From the NCBI GenBank assembly GCA_030295235.1, contig AP026149.1, positions 186,001 to 250,000 of the forward strand: DNA of 64,000 bases, read 5' to 3'. The stretch is from Fistulifera solaris. Its lineage: Eukaryota. Made by a program: the position numbers and the translations under genes. Positions 47,033 through 60,558 of the stretch are shown here, in pieces; position 1 is the first letter of the stretch; each line of letters starts with the position of its first letter. The notes under the pieces are model-generated. The model had not been told where the DNA came from. It saw nothing but the letters and a program-made list of their open reading frames with translations, and ran no database searches.

Positions 47033-49695
47033 TTAATTTATCCATTTGTGATTCATGTTCTCGTCCCGAAGGGCAGTTCGACTTAGTTCCCTCAGTTGTA
47101 TGGCGTTTTCATTCCCATTCGTCCCTTGAACGGCCCAAAACAATCTCGTTCCGTTACTTCCTTCCAAACAAGACCAAGTTTGTCAAACACTTCCTTTTCA
47201 TTAAATGGATCGTCGAGAACCGAAATTTCCGTGTTTTGAATGAATAACCCGTGATCATTCAGCGTCAAACCCATTTTGCGCGACGACCACAGTCGCATGG
47301 CCCGATTGAAATAGCCATTGCCCGTGAAATAGATGGAAGCAAACACGCGCTCACGATACGGATAGAATTTAATGTCGAGACGTCTCCGTCGTCCTGGAAC
47401 AAGCGGAGATTTGATGACTCCAAAGTATGTCGTCGAAGATGTGTCCTCGGCTCTTAACATGCCGTGACTCGATCCGCGATGTTCAATCAGATGTGGCCGA
47501 ACATGTGCAGGGATGGTTCGATTGAAAAGTTCGGGGTTCATTCCTGGTATGTAAGTCAGGTGATGCTCAATGTTACCCCGTTCCAGCAAAGCGTCCACAA
47601 CACTGCCGACAGCATTCGGTGGGACTTTGTGCTGATAATTGGGATGAATAGCCAAGATATCAACATCGCCGCATGAATCCTTCCCTCGTCTATAGCTTCC
47701 CATTAGTTGCAGCTCTACTTCTGAGTACTTTTCCTTAAAACACGTCTCAACGATGGCAAAATTGCTTCCACTTCGGCCCGATTCATTTCTTCTAATATGT
47801 CGTCGTAACACAACAAGCCTATGTATTGATTGCGATCCACCAGCAACTTTCCCGCCTCAACTGCCGCCTTGACGTCCTGGATTGAGCAGTATCCAGCTCT
47901 TACAAGTTCAGTCGCTTTCGCACGGCCCACGCCCCATATATTCATCATGCGTCTCATTACGACACGGGTCTCATCGTTCTCTAACTCCTTCAATCGACTA
48001 CTTGCACCGGTTCGAAAGAAGTCGCGAACGATAGCCATAGATGTTGCACCGAACCCTTTCGATTTGGCCAGTTTTTGCAGTACTTCCGGATCATCTGTGA
48101 CGTCAAAGTCGAGGAACCGAAGTCTGCCCGCGGTGAGATTGAAACTGTAAGCACGCCATTCATCGGTATCCTGTATGGGAGATGTCTGGTACAGCTTGGA
48201 AAGCTGACAAAAGTGATCAGAAAGCTTCTTATTTCGATAGCCTACAGATTCGTAGTCATTTCGGCTTTTCACCATCCGATCCTTCTCTTTGACTGGACTC
48301 TTCCGTTTCCCTTTAGGGCGCAAACCCATGTAGCGTTCCAGCAGCTCGGGTGCTCGCAAAGGAGGCTTTGCAAAAGCATTACCTTTGGCCGCCCACTTGC
48401 GATGAACGCAAACAATATTATGGTCGTCGACGAAATCCTCTAGATCTTCCACCTGCTCAAATCCTAATGCGGATGCGATCTTTTCAGGCTTAATGCCATT
48501 GTCACTGACAACAAAATGAGTTGGGAATGGAGGCTTTGTCTTGTCAAAATGATCCAAAACAACGGCATTTCGTTGCATTATATGATTTTTCAAGCCGTCA
48601 CCGGTAGGCCCTTCAATAAGTTCGTCAATCATGTCCATCCCTTCTCGGACGAAATAAATCATAAAGTCTGTTACAGAATGTTGCCTTGTGGCAGATGTTG
48701 ATGGGGCTTCTTGTGTGTCGTTACGTTCCTCATCCGGAGCTTTGATAATATTCGTTTCTACCTTAATCGATGGCTCGGAGGAACTCGAAGATACAAGTTG
48801 CCGTTCGATGATGGAAACTCTTTTACTTGAGATCCTTCCTCCTGTAGAACGACCTCATCGAACTCGCAACTCTTTTTCCATCCTCGACTACTCTTGTCGA
48901 AATTCTGCGTATTGAGATGATCTCTTTGTGAAAGAGCCCCTTCAACACCATTGTCGCGTTTTGCATTGTCCACGTCGAGGTCCTGGAGTTCAACGCGAGT
49001 CGACTTGAACTCCTTCTGTACGAACTCTCTAATTTCTTCAGTTTGCTGTGAAAAAATACACTTCTTTTCGCTCGTTGAATCACTACTTTGTATTTGCTGA
49101 TTTTCAATGTCATCGTTGGTTGCAATGAGATTTTTCCATGTTCGTATACCAAACTCCAGATTAGCCCCTTTCTTCGGAGGAGGACAAAATTTCAAAAAGG
49201 TAAACCTGTTTAATTCCAGAGGACCCAGCCATGTGACGCCGTCTACTTCCCGGGTGGTGACAAGAAACGGTTCAATGGGTTGACAGTCGCCATCGTGGAC
49301 CCCGATAAAAATCAAGGAACGAGGATAGCTGGCGTCCTGTTTGATCCACAACTGAGTCACACCTCGATTGTACTCCGCTTGAAATAACTCTTTCGACATA
49401 TACTGCTTCACCCATTGGGTCACGTCGAGACATGCGGAGCATTTGTTCGTTGTGGCGCCTTTCGTTCGGTTCGTGGCGGAACATCCACAGGCTTTCCAAA
49501 GCGTCAAAGCAACTCGACACGACCAAAGGTCGTTCTGGGGTTCTCTGCAAATTGGGATTCCTTATCACCTGAGCATCCATTGTTGTGAAAACCTAGTTTT
49601 AGGTAAGGAAGAAGTTCATACTTCAAAGTTTCATGCCGTCGTTCAACCGTGAGAGGTTTTCTGTCACGAAGAGGTACCAGTACGAGCTCCACCAT
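47033..49695 (-). CDS. X-family DNA polymerase (Pol lambda-like), copy A, with BRCT-like and extra N-terminal domain; at least 4 indels
   Basis: IWGVGRAKA HhH, GSYRRGKDSCGDVDIL, RRLDIK, YFTG..YFNRAMR, LNDHGLF, EKEVFDKLGL; BRCT-like THFVV...CVHRKW. Confidence 0.92.
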
Positions 49696-49995
49696 CGTGC
49701 GCCATGAAACGTCAATGCTAACGTTTGCGGAGGGGATCTCTTGAAAGCTTCTTGTCCTTTACAACATCTACCCTTTATCATATGTTGGGTTGTATGAAAG
49801 TGAATGAACAACTTCCGTGTGTTAGTTGTCGACGGCGGCCGCGGAAGAGCTTTTTCTAGTCCTTGTTTCAGACTTAATGTACTGGATGCGTACTGGCACT
49901 CGTAATATGGATAATGAGTGCCGTGGGGGTACGAGAGGAAAAAAGGCCATCATTCTGGAATACAAAATTTACAGATAATGTTATTTCGTCGCAAA

Positions 49996-52631
49996 CTAAT
50001 TTACCCACTGATAACTCAACTCCTCCTCACGAAGGGCAGAGCGACTAAGTTCCCTCAACTGCATTGCGTTTTCGTTTCCGACTTTCGCTTGAACTGCCGC
50101 AAAGCTGTCTCTCTCCGTGACCTCCTTCCATACAAGGCCTAGCTTATCAAACACTTCTTTCTCATTAGTTGGGTTTTCCAAAACGGAAACCTCTGTATTC
50201 TCTTCGAACAAGCCGTGATCGTTGAGAGTCCAGCCCAATTTCTGCTGCGACCAGAGTCGCATGGCTCGATTGAAATAACCATTGCCGGTAAAATAGATGG
50301 AGGCGAAGACACGCTCGCGGTATGGATAAAACTTAATGTCGAGTCGCCTTCGTCGCCCAAGGACCATAGGAGAGCGAATCACACCAAAATAGGTCGTCGA
50401 CGACGACTTATCGGCTTTTTCTCTTTCCGTAGCTAGAGCCACGGTGCTCAATAAGATTGCGATGAACATCTGGAGGAATAGTTCGATTGAAAAGTTCGGG
50501 GTTCATTCCAGAGATATACGTCAAGTGATGCTCAATGTAACCCCGCGCAAGTAGTTTGTCAGCGACAACACCAACAGCATTGGGTGGGACTGTGTCATAG
50601 TAGCTGCCGTGGGTGACAAGAATATCAACATCACCGCATGTCTCTTTTCCACGTCTGTAGCTACCATTGATTTGCATCTGAACTTGCGGGTAATCTTCTT
50701 TGAAGCACTTCTCGACAATGTTGAAAATGGCGTCAACTTCGGACCTACTCATTTCTTCCATTATATCTTCGTAACACAGCAAACCAATGTATTGACTCCG
50801 ATCGACCGTCAATGCTCCAGCCTCCACTGCAGCCTTCACTTCCTCGATCGAGCGAAACCCTGCTCTCACAAGTTCGGTCGCTTTGGCACGGCCTACACTC
50901 CATATATTCATCATGCGTCTCATTACAACACGGTTCTCGTCACTCTCCAGCTCCTTCATGCGACTGCTTGTACCATTCTGTAAAAACTCACGTATGATAG
51001 ACATCGTAGTCGCCCCAAAGCCTTTTGTTTTCGACAATCGCTCCAGCGCGTCAGGATCGTCTGTGACGTCGAAGTCTAGAAGCCGAAGTCTTCCAGCAGT
51101 AAGGCTAAAGCTGTATGCCCGCCAATCGTCAGTATCATGGATTGGAGCTGTTTGGTACAGCTTGGAAAGCTTTTTAAAATAGTCTGCTAGCTCCTGGTTC
51201 CGCTTATCTGGTGACTGAGCCTCGCATTTCCGTCTCACACGTCGCGTTTCTTGATTAGAAATACTATCTCTGTTTGCCTTCGGGTGCAAATTGATATATC
51301 TTTCATGTAGCGCAGGACTGCGAAGAGGGGGCTTTGAAAAGGCATTACCTTTGGCTGCCCATTTACGATGAACGCAGACAATGTTATGGTCGTCGACAAA
51401 ATTTTCTAGATCTTCCACCTTGTTGAAGCCTAGAGCTGTTGCGAGTCTCTCGGGTTTGATACCTTTGTCGCTGACGACAATGTGGGTTGGGAATGGAGGG
51501 CTTGTCTTGTCGAAATTATCCAAAACAATTGCATTCCGTTGTATCATATGGTTTTTCAAACCGTTACCGTCGCCACTTTCAATAAGCTCGTCGATCATGT
51601 CCATTCCTTCTCGGACAAAATAGATCCTGAAAGGTGTCGTGAGCTGTGGCTCAGTGACAGCACGCTTTTTCGACTGATCTGAACCAATGAAAGCAAAGCC
51701 ATCTAAGCTCTTTTGCACTAGCTTCTTTCTTTTCCAAGGATTCACAATGCTCGGGATATTTACTATTCGGTGTTACTATTTTCGACTGAGTCTGAGCCTC
51801 GTGGAGGTCATAATGCTCACGACCCTGATGTTCTGATTCCAAACCATCTTTGATTGATTCTCTTGCGTCGAGCTGATCTGTAGGCTCTAAATTTATGTTC
51901 TCGGTTGCTCTTTTCGTGGGACCACAACTTCTGTATTGTTTTTCTGGGTGAGTTTCGTGCTCTTCTTTGATGGGATGATTTACTGTATCTTCCTTGCTGG
52001 TAAATATTTCGTTTCTACACTCCTTAAAAGTTTTCTCGTGTGCCCCATCTGTCTGGTCGAAATCGCTCATTTCAGCTGCATCTGGATCTTGGCATATCGC
52101 AAATTCAAGCACATCACCTTTGTTTTGGGGCGGACATAGCTTTAGATGCGAATAATTTCTCAATTCGACCGGACCAAGCCAGCTAGTGCCCTCGATCTCC
52201 TTCGAAGTTAAAATAATAGAATCAATTGGTTCATAATTAACGCATCCCTCACTCTGTGAACCAAATAAAATCAGTGATCGTGGATAATGCGCATCTTTCT
52301 TAACCCAAAGTTCTGTCATCCCTCGGTGGCGTTTAACTTTTAAAAAGTGTTTTGACATGTAACTCTTTGCCCATTTCACGACATCGAAGCAGTTCGCGCA
52401 CATTTTCCGCGAATCTTCCTCCTTCGGGTCCGAACACCCGCAAGATCTCAATAAGCATGAGAGCAATTCCGCGCGGCCGAAATGCTCAGAGTTTTCATCG
52501 ACATTTTTCGCGTTTTGATATCCCAGTTTAAGGTATGGCGACAAATCTACTTGGGAACAAGCATTTGTTCTCTCATGTGCTGCCATGAGTGGTTTGTTGT
52601 CACGAAGTGGTACGAGTACGAGATTCGTCAT
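49996..52631 (-). CDS. X-family DNA polymerase (Pol lambda-like), copy B; 2 indels (~51750, ~50430)
   Basis: Same motifs as copy A (GSYRRGKETCGDVDIL, RRLDIKFYP, YFTGNGYFNRAMR); head-to-tail tandem paralog. Confidence 0.93.
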
Positions 52632-52886
52632 TTTCAACGTCGCTGTTTTAGCCTGAATGAATCAGGTGCTTTCCCAACTACGTTTCTCGATTCATTTGAG
52701 ACATCAAGAGTCTTTTCTTGCGTATTTCTTTATTATGTTGATTGTTTCTTGCAAGTTTAAACGTCCTGATGATTTTGAGAAAACAATCATCTTCGAAAAG
52801 AGAACCGTATTTTCCCGTCTGTCCGACGTACGGTTGCAGAGAAAAAATACTATAGTTCAACAATGGACCGGACTATAGTCACTAGT

Positions 52887-55800
52887 CTACAACTGACGAG
52901 TCTTTTTCAAAGGCGGTGCATCATTGGAAGGAACTGGGCCGTATCCTCCGCCGCCTGGGGTCTCGATCCGTAGACGCTCACCGACATCCATTGATCCGCT
53001 GCAGCGTCCACCAATGTTCACAACGGTACCATCTTTCTGAATCAGTAGATTTCGACCACAAGCACCATCTTCGCCTCCGTTCATACCGTACGGGTGCAGT
53101 GTTCTCCGTTCACTCAGAATGCTCATAGTTAAGGGGCGAAGAGGCTCCAGTTCTCTAATTACACCGTTCCCACCAGGATGAGCCCCTTTTCCTCCGCTGT
53201 TCGGTCTAATGGAAAATTCTCGCAACAGCACGGGATATCTTCTTTCTAAAATTTCAGGATCTGTGATTCGAGTGTTGGTGCAATGCGTGTGTATACCATG
53301 CTGACCGTCCCAGGTCGAACCAGCACCCGCTCCTCCGGCAATCGTTTCATAGTAGCCGAATTTTTCATCACCAAACGTTAAGTTGTTCATACAGCCCTGA
53401 CTTGCAGCGCATGCCTTGAAGGCTTTCAATACGACATCAACAACGCGTTGACTTGTCAAAACATTACCTCCGACCACACCCGCTTCAGCCGAAGGATTCA
53501 ATAGACTACGTTCAGGAATAATAAAGCGAATTGGAGCAAGGCATCCTTGGTTCAACGGAATTTCCCTGACCTACGAGAGATCGTAACGAATAAATGACTG
53601 CGCTGTATGTAACTGCAGGAGGGGCATTGTGATTGGCACGAACTTGATGACCGGTTCCGTTAAAATCGAAAGTCGCAGAACCTGTTTCTGGGTCGATGGT
53701 GACTGTCAGCTCGATCGGAGACCCGTCGTCCATGTAATCGATTGCATGGGCGCGCGCTCCGTTCTTTCTCGCGAATTCTTTCAGCATGAGACGAACTGAA
53801 TTTTCGGCGTTCTTTTGAATGAATCCCATGTAGGCTTGTACATGACGAAGGCCGTATGTTTGCACAAGCTCTTTCAACAAACGGATGCCGGCGTTATTGG
53901 CTGCAACTTGGGCTCGTAAGTCACTGAGATTGTCGCGCAAGTTGCGCGTACCCGAGTTACCCGGTAACTTTCCCGGTGCCTGTAGAATTTCAGTTATTCC
54001 TTCTTCTTGAAATTTGCCATCTCGAACCAATTTAAAGGCGACAATCATAGCTCCTTCGTCTTCCAAGCGCGTCGAATGTGGCGGCATAGAACCCGGCGAT
54101 ATTCCACCAATGTCTCCATGATGTCCTCTACTGGCGACAAAGAATATGATCTCACCTTCGTAAAAAACGGGAGTGATTACTGTGATGTCTGGGAGATGAG
54201 AGCCTCCTGCAAGTTGCGGATGGTTTGAAACGAGAACTTCTCCCTCTTTTATCCCCTCGCGGCCTTCGCTATTCCAATAATCCACTTGGAAGCTAACGGC
54301 GCGTTCCATAGCACCAAGGTGGACAGGAATGTGAGGCGCGTTGGCTACTAATCCACCATTTTTAGTGAAAAGGGCACAAGAAAAGTCTAACCGTTCCTTC
54401 ATATTAACACTGATTGCGGTTCGCTGCAAAACTCGACCACATTGCTCCGCAATGCTCATGAACCTATAGCAAAAAGGGAGGTAAGAAAGGTTTCGTTTGG
54501 AAATTCGCATTCAGTGCCTTCATCAGAAGCGTACCTGTGACCAAAGATAGAAAGTTGAACTGGATCTTCTTTGATTTCTTCATCCTCTTCGACTGGTTTC
54601 TCTTCACTGGAACCGATACTGATCTTCAAATTTCCACTTGCTGTGACGAATGCACTGCAACCCACTTCCAATACGACCGTACTAATTGGCTGCACAATAA
54701 TACTAGGACCCTGGATTGTGTGTCCAGGTTCCAAATCCTCTGATTTATACACCGGGACCTCTTCCCATCCATTTTCAAAATAGGCTCTCGTTGTGTCGAT
54801 AGCAGGTGGAGCACCCTTGTTCGGTGGCGGAGGAGGAATACTAGGAGTACTACCCGGAACAATCGAGCGCACACGGTAATCATCGATCAATATATCTCTT
54901 CCTTCCAAAACAAAGCCAAACTCTCTTTCGTACACGGCACGAAACAATTGATCGAATGATTTTCCTGGTTCTTCCCTGATCATGATGGAATTGTCTGTAC
55001 CTTGATAGCGAAGGTTCAAGTAGCGCTCGACGACTACAGATTCCTTCGCATGGCCCTGCTGAACCAACGCGGCTACAGCGCGATCGGCCAAGTGCTGCAA
55101 TCGTTCTTCGCCCGAGACTCTCAAATGGCCCATGTATGTTTCGGCAGCAGGTTCCTGTTCTTCGTGAACAGCATCGGCCATGGAAAGTCCATATGCAGAT
55201 AAGATACCACCATATTTATGAACGAGCACTTTTTTCATACCCAATGCTTTTGCCATGAAACAGCCTGTGACGATTCGAGAAGTTAGCAAATTATATACTG
55301 ATAGGATCCTGTTGTAACGCAACAAGCGAAACTAGCATACGTACAATGCTGCGGCCCCGCTCCACCGAAACAAGCCAGAATATGAGTGGTGATATCGTAA
55401 CCTTTCATTTGTGTCAAATTGCGAATGGGACGACACATGGCTTCGTTGGCCACTTGCAAAAAGCCGTACGCCAATTCATCCGCCGAACGTCCATTCGCTT
55501 CCGGTAATGCCGTCAATGCCTCAAAGGCCCGCCGAGCACCTTCCACATCCAACGGTTCATCTTCGTCGGGACCAAAGATAGAAGGAAAATACTTGGGAAT
55601 CACCCGACCCAACACCACATTAGCATCGGTGACGGCCAAATATCCATTCTTGCGATAACAGACGGGGCCGGGATGCGCCCGCGAGGATTCCGGTCCCACC
55701 CGAAAGAGACCGCGCTCCAGAAAGAGACGCGATCCACCCCCGGCAGCCACGGTATGAATGTCCAATTGCGGTGCTTGGATGGCGACACCGGCGGTGACCG

Positions 55801-56922
55801 TCTCGAACACGTGCTCGAGAGAACCCGCGTACCGCGAAACATCCGTCGACGTTCCACCCATATCAAAGCCAATGACCGGAGTGGGTGCCGTGTACGATGT
55901 TTTCGCATATCCGACGACGCCACCGGCCGGGCCCGACAGAATGGCTTGATGTCCTCCAAAGTCATGGACGGGTGCCAATCCCCCATCGGATTTCATAAAC
56001 GTCAATGGTACCTTTTTCAAGTCCTCATCAAAACCTTGTTGAAAGGATGTGAGATAGTGGGTGATTTGGGGCGTCAAATAGGCCGCCGCCGCTGTCGTAT
56101 GACCTCGCGAGACCAATTTGACCATGGGATTGATGCGATGCGACAGGGCAATGTGTTCAAAACACTGCAACGAAGCCGCCAATTCTCCAATCATCGTTTC
56201 GTGTTCCCCGTACACATACGCATGTATCAAACAAATCGCCAGTGAAGTAATGCCTTGATCACGCAATTTGACAAGGTCGTTCCGAATCTTGGGTAGATTG
56301 GGTCGTTGTACAATGAGGACGGATTCTCCCGTGACACCTTTCCGCGATTCGTATTGTTGCGACCACGCGGCCGGGGTATATTCCTGCAACACGATGCGTT
56401 CGTCGATCGGGACTACCTTTTCGTATAAAAGGCCCGGTTTGGCACAGGTAAGGTCAAATATATCCGGTCGACTCTGATTCCCAATTTCGAGAGCATCTTG
56501 AAATCCTTTCGTGATGAGCAAAGCCATTTTGGCACCATTTCTTTCTAAAAGGGCATTTGTCGCGACGGTCGTACCCATCCGAATACTACCAATCCGCTGC
56601 GTGGCAACGGGTTGTCCTCGGGGATAGGTTTGGCTGGAAGTGTCATATTCCTCCAACAATTGTCGAATCCCTTCCGTGGGGGCATCGGGATAATGGGTTG
56701 GATCTTCCGATAACAATTTACGAACGACTTCTGTCCCATCGGGCAAACGACAAAAATGTCGGTAAAAGTACCACCCCGATCAATACTGAAATGGAATTTT
56801 TGATCTGTAGTAGTCATGAAGAGAGGGCGTCGTGCGGAAGAAGACGAAGAGCCAAGAAGAAACGAAGAAATGAGGGTCGAGGAACCGCAATATAGAAGTA
56901 ATGTGAGAAGGGATTTCTTCAT
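52887..56922 (-). CDS. OPLAH: 5-oxoprolinase (ATP-hydrolysing, hydantoinase A+B fusion); introns ~55266-55344 and ~54467-54534
   Basis: [83 protein letters not shown]; indels at ~56750 and ~53565. Confidence 0.96.
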
Positions 56923-57454
56923 TCAATCGTGCCACGCTATGCTTCTATTAATTGATAAAATAGAAATAATAAGACGGCGTTGTGAGGATACCAACGACAA
57001 CCTCATGGAAGTCAAAGAGGTCAGCAAGAAGGCGCGGCGATCGTCGATGATGTTTGTGAAAAATCTTCCGCATCCATTGAAGGAGTCACGAACCTTGAGT
57101 CACGAAGTGTGATGATTCTGGAAAACGTCATCCCCTATATTTACCCGTGTCGTACTGGTACACACTTCATGGCGTCCTGCGAGGGAGCCATTTTGACGAA
57201 TTATACCTCCTCATTGATGGTAGAGAGGCGGAAGCCTAAGTGCACTAGAGGAACATGACTTGCGGAAGTGACTAGACTATGAGCAAGAGTTTCATAATAA
57301 AAATGGTGGGTTGTGAGAAACCAGGAACTCCATCCCTAGCTAGATCATTCTCTCGATGAACGTTTTATCAACTTTGTACCGAATAATCTACTACATAACA
57401 AAAGTCCTAAAATCATAGTTTTTTAAGTATCAATCATTCGGATCATCGTGCCAT

Positions 57455-60133
57455 TCACTCCCAACGCGGGGTGTTTCCATTCAATATCCTAACCAATTGA
57501 TCTAAGTGCTGAATGGTCGTTTCTTGTCGTTTAGCGTTCAGAAAAGACAGCAGTTTGTACAATTGGATCGAAAGCGTCGGGTGACTTTGTTCCAGCGTTC
57601 GCATGACAGACAAGGGGAGATGGTGGAGCCGACAAGGAGTCATGGCCTCGTAATCTCCTCGTTCCTCTTCTTCCATACCTCCGATGATCCAACCTGGTCC
57701 GACACGAGCGACTCGAAAGGATTTTTCCAGATCCGTCATACGACGATTACTGGCGTGGAACTGTCCAATGGTGGGCGGATGAATATTCCTATGACGCCAA
57801 CTGGGTTGCCATGTCGTTTGATTCAGTGCCGTCCGTTTCAATACTCCCGTTTCGACACAATAGATACCACCTTCGTCTCGTACCAAAACATCTCCGGGAA
57901 CCAATTCCACGAGTGACGTGTAGTCGCGCAAAGCTTCGAGTGCCGTCACCGTGGGTAGACTGTGCAGTTCCTCCAGTTTGTGCAAGGCATTCACAAAACC
58001 GTCACGAGTCGAACGTGGTTCGATCTCCAACGGAAAGATTCGTGACAACAAACCATCTTCGGCTTTGGCCAAGGCGGTTTCCAAATCGGTCATGAATCGG
58101 ACGTGCAATCCACGGATCCCCGCCAGGAACGATCGTAAATGGACGGTAGTACCCGAGAGAAATAGTGTGCAGTCGTGGTCCCGACATAAGGCCACAATTT
58201 CGTGAAATAAATCAACGGCACTCGTGTCCATCCCGGATACCATGGAGAAATCAACAATAATGAATTCCGGAACAAAAGATGGGGTTACTGAATCCAGCTC
58301 GGATCGACCATTCAAGTCACTTTGCAATTCGTCGTCCTCGAACATGGTGGATACGTAACTGAGTATTGATTGAGCGTTCCCAAAGAAAAGAAAGTTTTGG
58401 AGCTAAAGAAAACGAAAACTGTGAGCAAGGTTCTTTAAAAACTGCAAGTCGGTCAGCAGCTCATACAATCGCACCATTAGAATTTGTGTCAAATAATTGT
58501 TCTGTTCCAGCCAGGTCACTTCCCGGGGCGTACGCTCCACGGTGGACTGCAACGACAAGCCACTGCCGACAAATCGGACGGTACCCGCCTTTTGGAAGTT
58601 GGCCACAAACAGAAAGGCCGATGCTGCAATGCCCATTAGAATCGCGTACAACATCCCCACACTGAAGGAAAGAATCACTAACAGGGGAGCCACCGCCCAT
58701 TCCAGCTTGTCATTTGTCTTGAAAAGGATCCAATGAGCCACGTGCGGCACATATCAATACCCGCCAAAACCATGAGACACGAGAATGCTGTCTTGGGAAT
58801 GTACTGGACGAGTTGAAAATCGGAAAGATAGAACGCGAGGAGCAGTAGATTGGATCCGAATTGGGGAGCGGGCTTCTCGGCGTTTAACTGAAACAACGTC
58901 AATGACGCCGCGACGGAAGGTGCGACGGTGATGCCTCCGATCCACGCCGCCACGAGTTGCGAGTATCCGTATCCTTGTTCTAGTATCGCTCCCAGTGTGA
59001 GACGCGGTGATTGGTTTCGCCGGGGTCTCGCTGTTGCAACCGGCACGTCATCCGAGTGTTCGTTGCGACGGACCAACAATCGTTTGTTTTTGAAAAGGGC
59101 CGACGCATGCAAGGAACATCGAATCACGTACAGAAATGCGAGTGCTACCACGGTGGGAAGTGTGGCTTGAAACGCATCCCAATCGATGACACCGTTCCAC
59201 GCTGCCACCATTGTTCCGAACGGCAGCGGTGGACCGTAGGCCTCACGTGGTGGTGTCTGCAACTCTTTGGGTGAAAACAGCCATTGCGCTTCTTGTGCTT
59301 GGGCGATCGATGTCCCGGTCGTCCATAAAATAGTATAGAAAATGATGACTGTCATGAATATACAAAAGAGAACCCAGTAGGGATGTTGTCGTCCTGCATA
59401 ATGCATGCCAGATCCCACTACAACGGACGGGAAATGATGCAGGAACGCATTCTGGATGACCTTTCGATCGTTCGACGTGACAACGGATCCGATTTTTGGC
59501 CGGTATCGACAGCAAATCCCAACGTCCACATGAGAATTCCAATGGTGGTAAAAAAAGCCACACAACACCGAATAGGGCAAATAGGCACCCCAGTTGGCCA
59601 ATTTCCATCGTGCCGCCAGTATCGAAAGACTTCCCGACAAAAACAAACCAAATCCGGTGACGGCTAACAAAGTATTGAGAAACAGCGTGTCATCATCGTG
59701 TCCGCCTTTGGTCTGCAAGACGTCTTGAATGCTTTCCGCCATTTTTGCCAAGAAGGGTGCCAGAAACAAATCCGTCGCCGGATACAGGGCAGGAATGTTT
59801 ACCCGAAAGATAAAGGATGTTCCGGCCGTCACCGTCCCCAAGGCCGCCACCTTGGCCAAAAACCCCCGTGTGACCCGGAACGGCCGCCGCTTGGGCCAAA
59901 CAAAAGACGACATGATAGAGAACAAAGACGAACGAACCCACGCAAGTTCCCGAAAGGTCTTGGTAAGAAATAGATGCGGAAAAGGAGTGCGATCGACTGT
60001 CTCCTTCAATCTCTTCTTCTTCTTCTTCTTCTTCAGGACGAATGGCGGCACCGTGTCCGGGATGTTCAAAGAGCGACGTCAATGTACGATCATTCTTCGT
60101 CGCAGTGGGCAGTAAACCCGTACGCTCGTTCAT
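57455..60133 (-). CDS. SulP/SLC26 anion transporter with STAS and cNMP-binding-like domains (Vsb1/YGR125W-like); intron ~58390-58470, multiple indels
   Basis: FVLYHVVFCLAQ, YPATDLFLAPFL, YLPYSVLCGF, IPKTAFSCLMVLAG, FIIVDFSMVSGMDTSA (STAS), ARVGPGWIIG (cNMP-like). Confidence 0.85.
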
Positions 60134-60558
60134 TCTAGAATTGTTTTGTCATGCTGAATGCCGAGGCTAAGAAGAAGAAATGAAGAAGGATGGGTTCGAA
60201 TGAATGAAAGAAGGCCGCTATTAACAGCAATATAACAGTAAAACAAAAATTTGGAAGATCCGTTCGGGCACTAAGTTACTTGTACTACTAGTATCCCTGC
60301 AAAGTGTAAACAGAGCTTTTCGCTGCCTCAATCGGAAAGTACCACCGGAACAGGATATCTTGGATTAATATTTATAGTCTGTTTCCGAGTATACAGTTAG
60401 AAAGAAAAAAGAATAAACACTATGGACTATAATGACTTAACGAGCATTTTCTTACAGCCCTCAAATCAATCGTTGATTGCTTCCCTTGTTTAGCTACCAG
60501 GTATTAACCGAACAAGATAAGAAAAGAAAGCATCCATTTCTCCCCGCAAAGCACAAAG

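Noticed and set aside
47033..52631. PolX pair as uncollapsed alleles or an assembly duplication
   Set aside because: The copies differ at many synonymous and non-synonymous sites and have unalignable linkers, indicating an older true tandem duplication
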